From the NCBI GenBank assembly GCA_963742415.1, contig CAVULX010000003.1, positions 224,001 to 288,000 on the forward strand: a stretch of DNA of 64,000 nt, written 5' to 3'. Both the position numbers and the translations under genes were made by a program. Shown in pieces: positions 10,656 to 21,396 of the stretch. Source of the DNA: an uncultured Parachlamydiaceae bacterium. GTDB lineage: Bacteria > Chlamydiota > Chlamydiia > Chlamydiales > Parachlamydiaceae. Position 1 is the first letter of the stretch. The number at the start of each line of letters is the position of its first letter. A model generated the notes under the pieces. The model searched no databases, was not told the DNA's origin, and worked only from the letters and a program-made list of their open reading frames with translations.

Positions 10656-11477
10656 ATGTTAATGCTGGAAAACAGATCTTTCTCTTCCCTGACTAACCAT
10701 GCAGTTGAAGCCGCCATTCAGGCTGGATCTCTTCTGCGAAAGGGTTTTGGAACCACATTTGAAATATCTACAAAAGCAGGGATCCAAAATTTTGTGACCG
10801 AATATGACCACGCCTCTGAAAAATGCATTATCTCCTTTTTGGAAGAATTGTATCCCTCTCATGCCTTTCTTTGCGAAGAAAGCGGGGCTTATGGAGCTTC
10901 CTCCTTAGAAAAGGCTGAAATTTTGTGGATCATCGATCCTCTGGATGGAACTAGCAATTTTATCCACAATATTCCCCTCTTTTGCATCAGTATTGGGGCA
11001 TTAGGACCTCAGGGTATAGTGACAGGGGTCATCTATCAGCCAATGAGCGACGAGCTTTTCGTGGCCGAAAAAAATAAAGGCGCTTTCCTCAATGGCAAAA
11101 AAATGGAGGTTTCCAAGACGTTGCAATTTGCCGGCGGGATTGGGGCCACAAGTTTTCCTCATAATATCTCCGAAAATCCTTTAGGCTGTATTGACCATTT
11201 TGTAAAAATCTTGAAAAAAGAAACCATCATTCGCAATCTCGGTTCCTCAGCTATCAATGCTGCTTATGTAGCTGCGGGACGATTTGATGCCTATTGGACC
11301 ATTTCTCTATGCCCTTGGGATATTGCAGCGGCCAACCTGATGATAGAAGAAGCGGGCGGCAAGGTGACAACTTATGAAGGGACACCCTATCCTGTTTTAT
11401 CGGGAAGCCCCGTCGTAGCTTCCAACGGGTTTGTTCATGATGAATTGCTTTCTTATCTTAAAAACATTGCAGATTGA
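10656..11477 (+). CDS. suhB: Inositol monophosphatase family protein
   Basis: FVTEYD, EES, WIIDPLDGTSNF, WDIAA signature motifs. Confidence 0.9.
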   Translation: MLMLENRSFSSLTNHAVEAAIQAGSLLRKGFGTTFEISTKAGIQNFVTEYDHASEKCIISFLEELYPSHAFLCEESGAYGASSLEKAEILWIIDPLDGTSNFIHNIPLFCISIGALGPQGIVTGVIYQPMSDELFVAEKNKGAFLNGKKMEVSKTLQFAGGIGATSFPHNISENPLGCIDHFVKILKKETIIRNLGSSAINAAYVAAGRFDAYWTISLCPWDIAAANLMIEEAGGKVTTYEGTPYPVLSGSPVVASNGFVHDELLSYLKNIAD

Positions 11478-11555
11478 AGAATTTTCCGATTACCCTCCCT
11501 TTGCAACAAATTCCCTAAAAGCATAATGTGAATTTTATTTACAGGGGGGGGCTTT

Positions 11556-14006
11556 ATGAGCAGGTCAAGTGCAATTGCCGAAAAAAATCAAGTTAAGACG
11601 GCAAAAGGACCTCTGGACGAAGAGCAGCTGCGTAAAATCAATGCTTATTGGCAAGCTGCAAACTACTTAGCGGTAGGACAAATTTACCTCTTAGATAATC
11701 CTCTTCTCAAAGAACCTCTCACTTTGAATCATATCAAGCCCCGCTTACTAGGCCATTGGGGAACTACTCCCGGGCTGAATTTCATTTATGTGCATGCAAA
11801 TCGGGCAATCAAAGAAAATGACCTTGACATGATTTTTTTAGCCGGTCCCGGCCACGGAGGGCCAGCTCTTGTTTCGAATGTCTACTTAGAAGGCTCCTAC
11901 AGCGAATTTTATCCGAATATCTCCCAAGATGAAGCTGGGATGAAACAACTCTTCAAGCAATTTTCATTTCCAGGAGGCATTCCCAGCCACGTTGCTCCCG
12001 AAACTCCGGGATCCATCCACGAAGGAGGCGAGCTTGGATATGTTCTCGCTCATGGTTTTGGAGCGGTTTTTGATAATCCCCATTTGATTGCCCTTTCCGT
12101 TGTCGGCGATGGGGAAGCAGAAACAGGCCCTCTAGCCGCAAGCTGGCACTCGAATAAATTTTTAAATCCTGCCCGTGACGGAGCTGTGCTTCCTATTTTG
12201 CATTTGAATGGATATAAAATCGCTAACCCAAGTGTTTTAGCTCGAATTTCGAAAGATGAATTGGAAAGCTTGTTTATCGGCAATGGCTACAAGCCCTATT
12301 TTGTCGAAGGCTCTGAACCTCTGGAAATGCACCAAAAAATGGCCGCAACCTTTGACAAGGTGATCGCTGATATTAAACGCATCCAACATGAGGCTAGATC
12401 AAAAGGCAATTTAGCCCGTCCACAATGGCCCATGATTATTCTTATTTCCCCTAAAGGATGGACAGGCCCCAAAGAGGTCGATCACAAAAAAGTAGAAGAT
12501 TTTTGGCGTTCACATCAAGTCCCGCTTGCTGAATTATCCTCTAATTCAAAACATGTCCGAATGTTGGAAGCATGGATGAAGAGCTACCATCCGGAAAAAC
12601 TTTTCGATGAACATGGAACCTTGCTCCCCGAGTTAGCTGCATTGGCTCCTAAGGGCAACCATCGAATGGGATCCAATCCCCATGCTAACGGAGGAATTTT
12701 ACTCAGGGATTTGCGAATGCCTGATTTCCGAAAATATGCTGTAGATGTCCCGACTCCTGGAACAATCTTAGGAGAGGCCACACGGGTCATGGGAGAGTTT
12801 TTGCGGGACATCATGAAATTAAATGAAGCCAACAAAAATTTCCGCATTTTTGGTCCTGATGAAACCGCTTCAAACCGTCTAAGCGCTCTTTTCGAAGTTA
12901 CGGATCGGGTTTTCATGGAAAAAATTTATTCCTATGATGACCACCTATCGCCGGATGGGCGTGTGATGGAAGTGCTCAGTGAACATCTCTGCGAAGGGTG
13001 GCTGGAAGGGTATCTTTTGACAGGGCGCCACGGTTTTCTTAACTGCTATGAAGCCTTCATCCATATCATTGATTCGATGTTTAACCAGCATGCAAAATGG
13101 TTAAAAACGACGAGGCATATCCCTTGGCGCCGTCCCATTGCGTCATTAAATATCTTGTTGACTTCCCATGTTTGGAGGCAAGACCACAACGGTTTTTCCC
13201 ATCAAGACCCAGGCTTTATTGATCATGTGGTCAACAAAAAAGCTGAAGTCATCCGCATTTATTTGCCGCCCGATACCAATTCATTATTGTCAGTGACAGA
13301 TCATTGTTTGCGAAGCCTAAATTATGTCAATGTGATTATTGCCGGCAAGCAGCCTGCTTATCAATATATGTCGATGGAGGAAGCTATTAGGCACTGCACC
13401 AAAGGGATTGGCATTTGGAAATGGGCAAGCAATGATTTCGCTTCTGAACCTGACGCAGTCATTGCCTGTGCAGGAGATATTCCCACTTTGGAAGCCTTAG
13501 CCGCTGTAGATATTCTCCGCAAACATGCTCCTGACATCAAAATTCGGTTCGTCAATGTTGTCAACCTCATGGCCCTGCAGCCTCAAAAAGAACATCCCCA
13601 TGGCCTTTCAGATAGAGAATTTATCGATATATTCACTGCGGACAAGCCGATCATTTTTGCTTTTCACGGTTATCCTTGGCTCATTCATCGTTTGACATAC
13701 AGACGTCCTAACCATGTCAACCTTCATGTGAAAGGGTATAAGGAGGAAGGAACAACCACAACTCCTTTCGACATGGTTGTCTTAAATGAAATGGACCGTT
13801 TTCACTTAGCTCTTGACACAGTAGAGCGGATTCCCCGCTTGGCAAACTCCACAGGCTACATTCGGGAATTTGTCACCAATAAACTCATTGACCACAGCAA
13901 TTACATTAGAGAAAAGGGGGAAGACATGGCTGAAATTCAGGAATGGAAATGGCCTTATGGAAAATCTGAGTCGTCGGCTTCCTCCATGCGCAAATGGAAT
14001 TCATGA
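11556..14006 (+). CDS. xfp: Xylulose-5-P/fructose-6-P phosphoketolase
   Basis: [32 protein letters not shown] motif, [16 protein letters not shown]. Confidence 0.97.
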   Translation: MSRSSAIAEKNQVKTAKGPLDEEQLRKINAYWQAANYLAVGQIYLLDNPLLKEPLTLNHIKPRLLGHWGTTPGLNFIYVHANRAIKENDLDMIFLAGPGHGGPALVSNVYLEGSYSEFYPNISQDEAGMKQLFKQFSFPGGIPSHVAPETPGSIHEGGELGYVLAHGFGAVFDNPHLIALSVVGDGEAETGPLAASWHSNKFLNPARDGAVLPILHLNGYKIANPSVLARISKDELESLFIGNGYKPYFVEGSEPLEMHQKMAATFDKVIADIKRIQHEARSKGNLARPQWPMIILISPKGWTGPKEVDHKKVEDFWRSHQVPLAELSSNSKHVRMLEAWMKSYHPEKLFDEHGTLLPELAALAPKGNHRMGSNPHANGGILLRDLRMPDFRKYAVDVPTPGTILGEATRVMGEFLRDIMKLNEANKNFRIFGPDETASNRLSALFEVTDRVFMEKIYSYDDHLSPDGRVMEVLSEHLCEGWLEGYLLTGRHGFLNCYEAFIHIIDSMFNQHAKWLKTTRHIPWRRPIASLNILLTSHVWRQDHNGFSHQDPGFIDHVVNKKAEVIRIYLPPDTNSLLSVTDHCLRSLNYVNVIIAGKQPAYQYMSMEEAIRHCTKGIGIWKWASNDFASEPDAVIACAGDIPTLEALAAVDILRKHAPDIKIRFVNVVNLMALQPQKEHPHGLSDREFIDIFTADKPIIFAFHGYPWLIHRLTYRRPNHVNLHVKGYKEEGTTTTPFDMVVLNEMDRFHLALDTVERIPRLANSTGYIREFVTNKLIDHSNYIREKGEDMAEIQEWKWPYGKSESSASSMRKWNS

Positions 14007-14033
14007 TGATTTTATAACACCACTGAGCCAAAA

Positions 14034-14403
14034 TAACCACTGAGCCAGTGAGATCACAGAGGATTTTTGAGATCAATGAGAAAGTTTAGATGATACAATT
14101 TGATAAAGTAGGTAGCTCTTTTAGTACCTTTATGTTATGAATTTTTCTTTTTGTTTTATTTAATATAGTTAATGTAAGTTGAAAATTACTGAGTGTAATC
14201 AAGTTTAAAAAACCTCTGTGATCTCTGTGGTTTATTAAAATTCAACCACAGAGATCACAGAGAACACAGAGAGACAATAAATTTTATTATTTGCAACTTA
14301 CGTTAATTAATCTTAATAGCGTTACCTACTTTAACGAGTTGTATCATCTAAACCTCCTCAGTGATCTCAAAAATCTTCAGTGATCTCACAGGCTCAGTGG
14401 TTA
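14034..14403. mobile_element. Nested palindromic MITE-like element: outer ~81-bp inverted arms enclosing an inner CACAGAG element
   Basis: 14034-14114 is the near reverse complement of 14323-14403. Inner 14169-14310 has its own TTAATGTAAGTTG / CAACTTACGTTAA ends and recurs at 54.5 kb. Confidence 0.75.
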
Positions 14404-15803
14404 CTGCTTTTGTCCTTAAGGCTAGAGCGGCTTTTGATGGAGCGGAAACGATTTTGATCGAGCTTGGCATAAAGGGTTTTATGCTTCGAAATTTGAACCT
14501 GTCCAGCTTTTCCACGACCTATTCGAGAAACATATTTACATTGGGTTGCATGGATCTCCGCTTCCCCTTTATCTTTTGCCTTGCTATGAATCAAAGCTAA
14601 TAAGATAGCATCTTGAATGGACTCAGGATCGGGCTCTTGGTTCTTTTTCACCTTCAAAATTACATGGGAACCGGGACAACCGCAAACATGAAACCACCAA
14701 TCTGATCCGCTCGCATAGCTGAAAGTGAGCTTTTCATTGCTTTTTGCATTTTTTCCGACCCAAATTTTGAGGCCCGATTCAGAATAAAATTCCAAGTACG
14801 GCAGAGATGAGCTTTTTTCCGATTTTCTTTGCGGCTTTTGCTTTTCGAAAAATAAGCCAATAGCATGAAGAGCCTCTAAGGAAGTAGTTTCAGCAACTTG
14901 CGAAACAATCTCTTGCTGTTTCTCCAGCATTTTTCCCGTTACTAGGATTCTATCTTCGGTATAGTTCAAACTGGCTTTCAACTTTTTGCTTTGGTGAAAA
15001 CGCTTTTCTATGTTTTCTTGAGGCCCTAGCAGAGGATCTAGCAAGAGAACATGTTCCTCTTCCCCCGGCTTTTCCCAATCTACTAATCGAATTTCAGTTA
15101 ACCCTTTGCGCAATTGATAAAAATTCGCTTGCAGCAATACGCCTTCATGTTGAATTTCTTTCCAAGCTAAAGCCTTTTGATTATCCTGAAGAGCTTTTTC
15201 ATAGAGCTTTTTAGTTCGACTTAACTGCTTAAAAGCCATGGATTCATATGTTCTTTTCAGCTTGAGAAACAAGGCTTCTTTTTCTTGCAGTTCATATCTC
15301 GCTTCAACTAAATCACTTGATGCCGGCGCAGGGTGGATCTCTCCGGATGATACTTTTATATTTTCGGGATAATGATAAATCTTTGAAGCTGTCGGATTTA
15401 AACTCGCTACAATATTGAGATCACGATCCAATAAATACAAATTGGGCCGTTTAGAAAAAAATTCTCCGACGAGAAAAAAAGGTTGAGCTCCTTTTTTCAA
15501 ATAGAGCTGAATGATCCTATCTTGATTGATCATTTTTATTTCTTCTATCTTTGCAGAACTGATGGATGAATCAATGGCTGAGGCAAAAGAGGAATCGCAA
15601 AATTGACTTTTTCCTGAAGACAAATGAAAACGGAGAAACGGCTCTTGAAAACAGAATAACAACTGCAGAAGCTCCCCTTCTTTATCACATTGCAGCACAA
15701 ATTTCCTTTGCTCAATCGCTTTGAAACTACAAATATGAGCGTGGGATAGAACGGACTGAAGCTCATCTGTAAGAGCATAAATTTCTTCACGGGTCAATGA
15801 CAT
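14394..15803 (-). CDS. NFACT / FbpA (RqcH-like) ribosome quality-control protein
   Basis: DRII.L and GEFFSKRPNLYL N-domain; C-terminal NFACT-R motif WVGKNAKSNEKLT...DWWFHV..CPGSHVIL. Probable start MSLTREE at 15803. Confidence 0.85.
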   Translation of the reverse strand: MSLTREEIYALTDELQSVLSHAHICSFKAIEQRKFVLQCDKEGELLQLLFCFQEPFLRFHLSSGKSQFCDSSFASAIDSSISSAKIEEIKMINQDRIIQLYLKKGAQPFFLVGEFFSKRPNLYLLDRDLNIVASLNPTASKIYHYPENIKVSSGEIHPAPASSDLVEARYELQEKEALFLKLKRTYESMAFKQLSRTKKLYEKALQDNQKALAWKEIQHEGVLLQANFYQLRKGLTEIRLVDWEKPGEEEHVLLLDPLLGPQENIEKRFHQSKKLKASLNYTEDRILVTGKMLEKQQEIVSQVAETTSLEALHAIGLFFEKQKPQRKSEKSSSLPYLEFYSESGLKIWVGKNAKSNEKLTFSYASGSDWWFHVCGCPGSHVILKVKKNQEPDPESIQDAILLALIHSKAKDKGEAEIHATQCKYVSRIGRGKAGQVQISKHKTLYAKLDQNRFRSIKSRSSLKDKSSNH

Positions 15804-15807
15804 AAAA

Positions 15808-16995
15808 CTACGAAGAGGATGATTCACAAGTACATTGTTTGACAGCGTCTAATAAGGGCTGGACTTTGTCTGTTCTTTCCCAGGTAAAATCTTTTTCATT
15901 CCGGCCAAAATGACCTCCAAATGCTGTTTGCAAATAGATAGGCCGCCTTAGGTTGAGCATTTCAATCATCCCTTTAGGGGAAAGGTCGAACACTTGGGGG
16001 ATCGCTTTTGCCAATATGTCCTCATCCACAGCTTGCGTGCCAAACGTTTCCACTTTAAAAGAAACAGGATGGGGTACGCCTATCGCATAGGACACTTGGA
16101 CTTCACAACGTTTCGCCAGTTTTGCAGCTACAATATTTTTTGCGATATATCGCGCAGCATAGGATGCAGAACGGTCCACTTTGGTGGGATCTTTTCCAGA
16201 AAAGGCCCCTCCTCCATGCCGTCCCATGCCGCCATAGGTATCCACAATGATTTTTCGCCCGGTTAAGCCGCAATCCCCTTCTGGACCTCCAACAACAAAA
16301 CGGCCGGTCGGGTTGATGTAAAATTTTGTTTCTTCGTCAACAAATCCTTTGGGAGCTAATTTCGAAGCCATTTCTTTCATATCTCTAACAATTGTATCGT
16401 GATCCACTTCAGGAGTGTGTTGTGTCGATATCACGACGGTCTCCAACCGCAAAGGTTGGTATCCCTTGTCATATTCGACGGTGACTTGGGATTTGGCGTC
16501 TGGACGTAAATAGGGAAGCTCTTTAGATACCCGCAAGCGTCTTAATTCCCGTACAATTTTATGGGCCATCATGATAGGCATAGGCATAAGTTCAGGAGTT
16601 TCATCGCAAGCATAGCCAAACATTAGACCTTGATCTCCGGCCCCCTGATCTTTGTACAAAGATTCCGACTCGCTCAACCCTCTGGCAATATCCAGAGATT
16701 GCTTATTGAAAGAGATCAAGACGCCGCAAGATTTATAATCAAACCCTAAAGAACTATCTGTATAGCCAATATCTCTAACAGTTTCTCGAGCGATTTCAGG
16801 GAAATTAGGATGCGCTTTCGTAGTGATTTCGCCGGATAATACAATCAATCCTGTCGTCACTAAAGTTTCACAAGCCACCCGAGCATGAATATCCTCCCTC
16901 AGGCAAGCATCTAAAATAGCATCGGATATTTGATCGGCAACTTTATCCGGATGGCCCGCAGCCACCGATTCAGAAGTAAAAAGAAAATGACTCAT
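15808..16995 (-). CDS. metK: S-adenosylmethionine synthetase
   Basis: [46 protein letters not shown]. Confidence 0.98.
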   Translation of the reverse strand: MSHFLFTSESVAAGHPDKVADQISDAILDACLREDIHARVACETLVTTGLIVLSGEITTKAHPNFPEIARETVRDIGYTDSSLGFDYKSCGVLISFNKQSLDIARGLSESESLYKDQGAGDQGLMFGYACDETPELMPMPIMMAHKIVRELRRLRVSKELPYLRPDAKSQVTVEYDKGYQPLRLETVVISTQHTPEVDHDTIVRDMKEMASKLAPKGFVDEETKFYINPTGRFVVGGPEGDCGLTGRKIIVDTYGGMGRHGGGAFSGKDPTKVDRSASYAARYIAKNIVAAKLAKRCEVQVSYAIGVPHPVSFKVETFGTQAVDEDILAKAIPQVFDLSPKGMIEMLNLRRPIYLQTAFGGHFGRNEKDFTWERTDKVQPLLDAVKQCTCESSSS

Positions 16996-17047
16996 AAGGA
17001 ATTTCCCGCTATAAAAACAATTTTAAATGGAAATATGATGATATAGA

Positions 17048-17536
17048 ATGTCTATCAGGTTGGCAAATCAAAACATGTTTTTGCTTTTATTATTTTTTAT
17101 TGTGAGCTTCTCAGAAGGGTTCAGCGAAATGGTGCGGCCTATCACTTTCGATGAGCTGCCTTCCCTAACCTCTTTTGAAATCATTGAAATTAGAGGATTT
17201 TTGTATCAAACTCCTAAAGGGGAGTGGATTTTAGCCGCAGAGCCTAACTTGAAATCATGCTGTCTGGGATCTCATGAAAAAAAGGCCCGGCAAATTATTT
17301 TGATCGGGCAATTTGACCGTACCGCGATCAATCGGGTCATCACAGTTCAAGGGCGTTTAGTTGCCAACGAAGCCCTTCACGGGGTCCCCATTTTACCCTT
17401 TAGCTTGGAAGAAGCTCACGTGTTAAAAGACCTTCCACTTTCCCCGTCCTTTATTTGGGGAAGCCTTTTTCTGCTTATCCTCTTCCTTTCAATTATAAAA
17501 ATTTATTATAGTTTCATTATGTCTGACAAAAAATAA
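17048..17536 (+). CDS. Exported, membrane-anchored hypothetical protein (DUF3299-like OB fold possible)
   Basis: N-terminal hydrophobic signal, IRGFL...LKSCCLG motif, C-terminal TM segment. Confidence 0.55.
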   Translation: MSIRLANQNMFLLLLFFIVSFSEGFSEMVRPITFDELPSLTSFEIIEIRGFLYQTPKGEWILAAEPNLKSCCLGSHEKKARQIILIGQFDRTAINRVITVQGRLVANEALHGVPILPFSLEEAHVLKDLPLSPSFIWGSLFLLILFLSIIKIYYSFIMSDKK

Positions 17537-17581
17537 ATTCAACGCAAAGGTCATTAATCTTTTAACTTCGGATAAGATCTT

Positions 17582-19846
17582 ATGTGTACTTTCCTGCAAG
17601 CAGCTCCACTATGGCCTCCAGCAATCCGTTCAGAATTTGAAACTGTCGGGGAGGAAAAATTTGAGATTAATCAAACTTCTATTTGGATACGCACAGCGCT
17701 TTCAGCGATAGCAACCTCTGCTTTAGCTTCAACTACACCATCACCCTTCAAAGCCATTCTCCTTGTAATCCCGTTCATCTCTTATTGTGGGGAAAAACAT
17801 AGGGCCGTACAAGCTCTCGATAAGATTGCTAAAAATTATTTTAAAATCGAAGTTAGTGAAAATACACCTGTTCCCGATGAGGTCATCGACTATTTGATCA
17901 AAAATTTCAATGCTTTGAAAAAACTTCTTGAAGATCCTGAGATTCAATTTGACCCTTCGAAAAAAAATAATCAAAAATTGTTGGATAAAATCTTTGAGAC
18001 TCTAATGGAAATTAAACTGATAAACAAAACTGATTTCATAGACAAAGAGGTAAGGAATTTCAATTTGCTTCTCGAAAAAGGAATCATCAATAGTGATAAT
18101 GCCTGTGACTATTTTCTTAAATTCGCAGAAAAAAAGAACCTCGTCCCTATGGTATTACTGTTACAAAAAGAGCTCATTAATCCTCAAATTTTAGAAAAAA
18201 ATGATTTCATTGCAGCTTTTGAGAATATCGAGCTCAGTGTCATTCAAGACTACAATATTAAGAAGTTATTTGGTTGCATGATCTCCTTATTTAAAGATAA
18301 GGGGTTTAACTTCAATGATTTAAATTTTACAAAGCTATTAAATAAAAGCTCTTATCAATTAGAAAATGCCCTCTTTTTAATTAAAAAGGGGATCAACCCC
18401 AAACAAATAAAATTTAATAAATTGAATTGGTTGAAGGTTTTATCGCCATCAAAATCAAAAAAAACGATCATAAAGGAAATAAAAAGACAAATCGCAGCAG
18501 ATAAGCCTATAGACGCTGATCATCCTAAGCAGCCGTTTCTCGAAAAAATAGGGAAATCTGGAGTGCGTTTTCATCAAAGAATATTAACATTAGGAAATAT
18601 CTTGATCGCATTAGCTGCGGTTCTGATAAACGCCTTCATAGCGTACCTATGGAATGTCAATGTGCCTCTCGTTATTGGAACTTCGGTCCTTGTTGCTGGT
18701 CTATTTCTGGTTCTTGAATGGTGTGTGCGGACTTATTTAATTAATCAAGCATCGGATCGCAATATTATAAAATACAATGGGGTCTTTCCCTCCAAAGTAA
18801 TAACAAGGTATTTTATCAACAATGAATCTGCACTTAATCGGCTGATCGCAAGCCAATCTAATTTAGATAAAATCAATGAGCATGGGACGACTTTTTGGGA
18901 TATCATTTGCTCGTCAAAGCAAATTCATTTCCCTAAAGATAAAAATAAAGATTTTGGATTTTTTAAAAAAATAGCTGGAAAACTTTTCCAAGAAGAGCAG
19001 TATTCGGGAAATAAGTTCAGATATTTTAGGATGTTAATTGCCAATGGAAAAAGCAAGTATATTGGTCATATTTTACAAAATAAATTAATTGAACTAAATA
19101 AAAAGCAAAAATATAAAATATTCGGGGATCTTTTTGAAAAAAAATTTTTAGGGGATGTGTTAACCAAGCACTATGGAAATGGAAATAATGGTGTTTATTG
19201 GAGGGTAAAGAATAAATTTGATTTATCAAAAGAATTGAATCAAGAATCAATAGACGAAATTCGTCAAAATCTTAGGAAATACAACCTTGATATAGAAGAT
19301 AAAAAAATTTACAGATATTTAGAAAATAAGTTAAGCAGATTTCTTTTAAAAGAATATAAGATTCAAAAAGGGTACAACTACTTGTGTGATTTTTCCTATT
19401 ATTTCCTTCACAATAAGGCGGCTCTCAACTACATTCTTAGAAACAATATTGAATTAGATAGTTTTTTAACCGTTGCTTGTTTTCCAAAAAACTATTTAGA
19501 TGGTGATACTAATAATCTTCTTAGGGAGGGTTTTTTAAAAAAAATAATAATACGCATTTTCAAATCAAATTATAAAATGAAACTATCTTGCTTTGAGAAT
19601 TTAGCTAAACTAAATAATGTTAGATCTATTGATCTAGTTAAGTATATTTTAAATAATAAGTTAATTGCATTAACAAAAAATCAAAAGAGTTATCTGCTTC
19701 AAATCAAGATGCCTGAAGAGCTGAAGAGCATTCTGACTGAATATCCTGTTGCTAGAGCAGATGTAGGATCATCAACGATACAAACCCAATCGGTTTCTTT
19801 AGAACCCGACAAAACGTCTATAGTACAAACCGAAGTCGAAGGATGA
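17582..19846 (+). CDS. AT-rich orphan protein with two hydrophobic hairpins and three internal repeats (effector/Inc-like)
   Basis: 754-aa K/N/L/I-rich ORF; hydrophobic segments near residues 35-68 and 335-382; repeated Y(F/L)xxNxxAL ... (Q/N)xxLI blocks. Confidence 0.65.
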   Translation: MCTFLQAAPLWPPAIRSEFETVGEEKFEINQTSIWIRTALSAIATSALASTTPSPFKAILLVIPFISYCGEKHRAVQALDKIAKNYFKIEVSENTPVPDEVIDYLIKNFNALKKLLEDPEIQFDPSKKNNQKLLDKIFETLMEIKLINKTDFIDKEVRNFNLLLEKGIINSDNACDYFLKFAEKKNLVPMVLLLQKELINPQILEKNDFIAAFENIELSVIQDYNIKKLFGCMISLFKDKGFNFNDLNFTKLLNKSSYQLENALFLIKKGINPKQIKFNKLNWLKVLSPSKSKKTIIKEIKRQIAADKPIDADHPKQPFLEKIGKSGVRFHQRILTLGNILIALAAVLINAFIAYLWNVNVPLVIGTSVLVAGLFLVLEWCVRTYLINQASDRNIIKYNGVFPSKVITRYFINNESALNRLIASQSNLDKINEHGTTFWDIICSSKQIHFPKDKNKDFGFFKKIAGKLFQEEQYSGNKFRYFRMLIANGKSKYIGHILQNKLIELNKKQKYKIFGDLFEKKFLGDVLTKHYGNGNNGVYWRVKNKFDLSKELNQESIDEIRQNLRKYNLDIEDKKIYRYLENKLSRFLLKEYKIQKGYNYLCDFSYYFLHNKAALNYILRNNIELDSFLTVACFPKNYLDGDTNNLLREGFLKKIIIRIFKSNYKMKLSCFENLAKLNNVRSIDLVKYILNNKLIALTKNQKSYLLQIKMPEELKSILTEYPVARADVGSSTIQTQSVSLEPDKTSIVQTEVEG

Positions 19847-19871
19847 AGCAAACCGTTTTGCAAAATGTTCT

Positions 19872-20583
19872 TAGTCGATGATGAATTAACTTCTCTATCT
19901 ACAAAAATAGAATTTTATGGCGTCCTTACAGGACTCTGTTTTTTTTTCCATTTTACCCAGGCCTTCGCTTCGCTACGACCTGGGCTATAACATTTCGGCC
20001 TTTCAGGCCGTTTTCAGCGCCGAAGGCGCGGAATATCATAGCCCAAGTCGTAGCGAAGCGAAAGCCTGGGCTATAACATTTCGGCCTTTCAGGCCGTTTC
20101 CAGCGCCGAAGGCGCGGAATATCATAGCCCAAGTCGTAGCGAAGCGAAAGCCTGGGCTATAACATTTCGGCCTTTCAGGCCGTTTCCAGCGCCGAAGGCG
20201 CGGAATATCATAGCCCAAGTCGTAGCGAAGCGAAGGCCTGGGCTATAACATTTCGGCCTTTCAGGCTGTTTCCAGCGCCGAAGGCGCGGAATATCATAGC
20301 CCAAGTCGTAGCGAAGCGAAAGCCTGGGCTATAACATTTCGGCCTTTCAGGCCGTTTTCAGTGCCGAAGGCGCGGAATATCATAGCCCAAGTCGTAGCGA
20401 AGCGAAAGCCTGGGCTATAACATTTCGGCCTTTCAGACCGTTTCCAGCGCCGAAGGCGCGGAATATCATAGCCCAGGTCGTAGCGAAGCGAAGGCCTGGG
20501 TAAAATGGAAAAAAAACAGAGTCCTGTAAGGACGCCATAAAATTCTATTTTTGTAGATAGAGATGTTAAATCAGCACCGACTA
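19872..20583. mobile_element. Palindromic REP/MITE-like element with ~117-bp terminal inverted repeats
   Basis: 19872-19988 versus the reverse complement of 20468-20583 shows 4 mismatches (all in the outer 20 bp) and one poly-T indel. Ends read TA-GTCG...CGAC-TA. Confidence 0.8.
19979..20500. repeat. Six tandem 86-bp units plus a 6-bp partial, no spacers
   Basis: Units start at 19979, 20065, 20151, 20237, 20323 and 20409. Consensus CCTGGGCTATAACATTTCGGCCTTTCAGGCCGTTTCCAGCGCCGAAGGCGCGGAATATCATAGCCCAAGTCGTAGCGAAGCGAAAG. Confidence 0.97.
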
Positions 20584-20584
20584 C

Positions 20585-21394
20585 TTAGACTTTCAATACA
20601 GGGGCCATGATAGGCATTCCTAGGAAGTCGGAGCCGATCGACTGGAATTTTTCGGGGTCATCCGAGACAAAAAAGCGGTGGATGGGAGCCGCATTATTGA
20701 AAGTGTGAAGCTTAAGATCTATCAAAATCTTCTTTACAGCTTTGGCACATGTGGAAGCTGAATCTACAATCGCGATATCCTCCCCCATCTCTTCCTGAAT
20801 TAAATTTTTTAGCAGGGGATAATGGGTGCATCCCAGCAAAATCGTATCGACTTGTTTGTCTTTTACTGGCTTTAGATACTCTTTGACGACAAGTTTCGCA
20901 GCCGGGTGATGCATGAGTTTTTCCTCAACAAAAGGGACAAACAGTGGGCAAGGAAAAGCGTAGACCTCTGCCTCAGGCATTTTTTTTGCAATTTCCTTTT
21001 GATAAGCTCCCGAATTTACCGTCCCTCGAGTAGCTAAAACGGCAATTTTTCCATTTTTAGTAACCTTTGTTGCCTGGTCTGCGCCAGGTTCAATGACTCC
21101 AATAATAGGAATGTGAAATATGTCCTTTAATTTATCTAACGAATGGGCCGAGGCCGTATTACAAGCGACGATTAACAATTTAATGCTATTCTTAATCAAG
21201 AAAGCGGTGTTTTCCACAGAAAAGCGGATCACAGCCTCGCGGCTTTTTTCACCGTAAGGGATGCGAGCTGTATCGGCAAAATAGACAATATTTTCGTTAG
21301 GAATTTGCCGGATCACTTCTTGCATGACCGTTAGGCCGCCGACCCCTGAATCAAACATTCCAATGGCATGATTTTGTTTTTCCTGCAAAGCCAT
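20585..21394 (-). CDS. murI: Glutamate racemase
   Basis: FDSGVGGLTV, PYGEKS, ACNTAS, LGCTHYP catalytic motifs. Confidence 0.97.
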   Translation of the reverse strand: MALQEKQNHAIGMFDSGVGGLTVMQEVIRQIPNENIVYFADTARIPYGEKSREAVIRFSVENTAFLIKNSIKLLIVACNTASAHSLDKLKDIFHIPIIGVIEPGADQATKVTKNGKIAVLATRGTVNSGAYQKEIAKKMPEAEVYAFPCPLFVPFVEEKLMHHPAAKLVVKEYLKPVKDKQVDTILLGCTHYPLLKNLIQEEMGEDIAIVDSASTCAKAVKKILIDLKLHTFNNAAPIHRFFVSDDPEKFQSIGSDFLGMPIMAPVLKV

Positions 21395-21396
21395 TC

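Noticed and set aside
16996-17047. SAM riboswitch upstream of metK
   Set aside because: The intergenic gap is only 52 bp and AT-rich, with no SAM-I or SAM-II consensus.
19917-20304. ORFs 19917..20162, 20036..20218 and 20122..20304
   Set aside because: They lie wholly inside the repeat, and the 86-bp period is not a multiple of 3; they are translation artefacts.
19979-20500. CRISPR array
   Set aside because: Units are contiguous, near-identical 86-mers with no unique spacers, and no cas genes are in the window.
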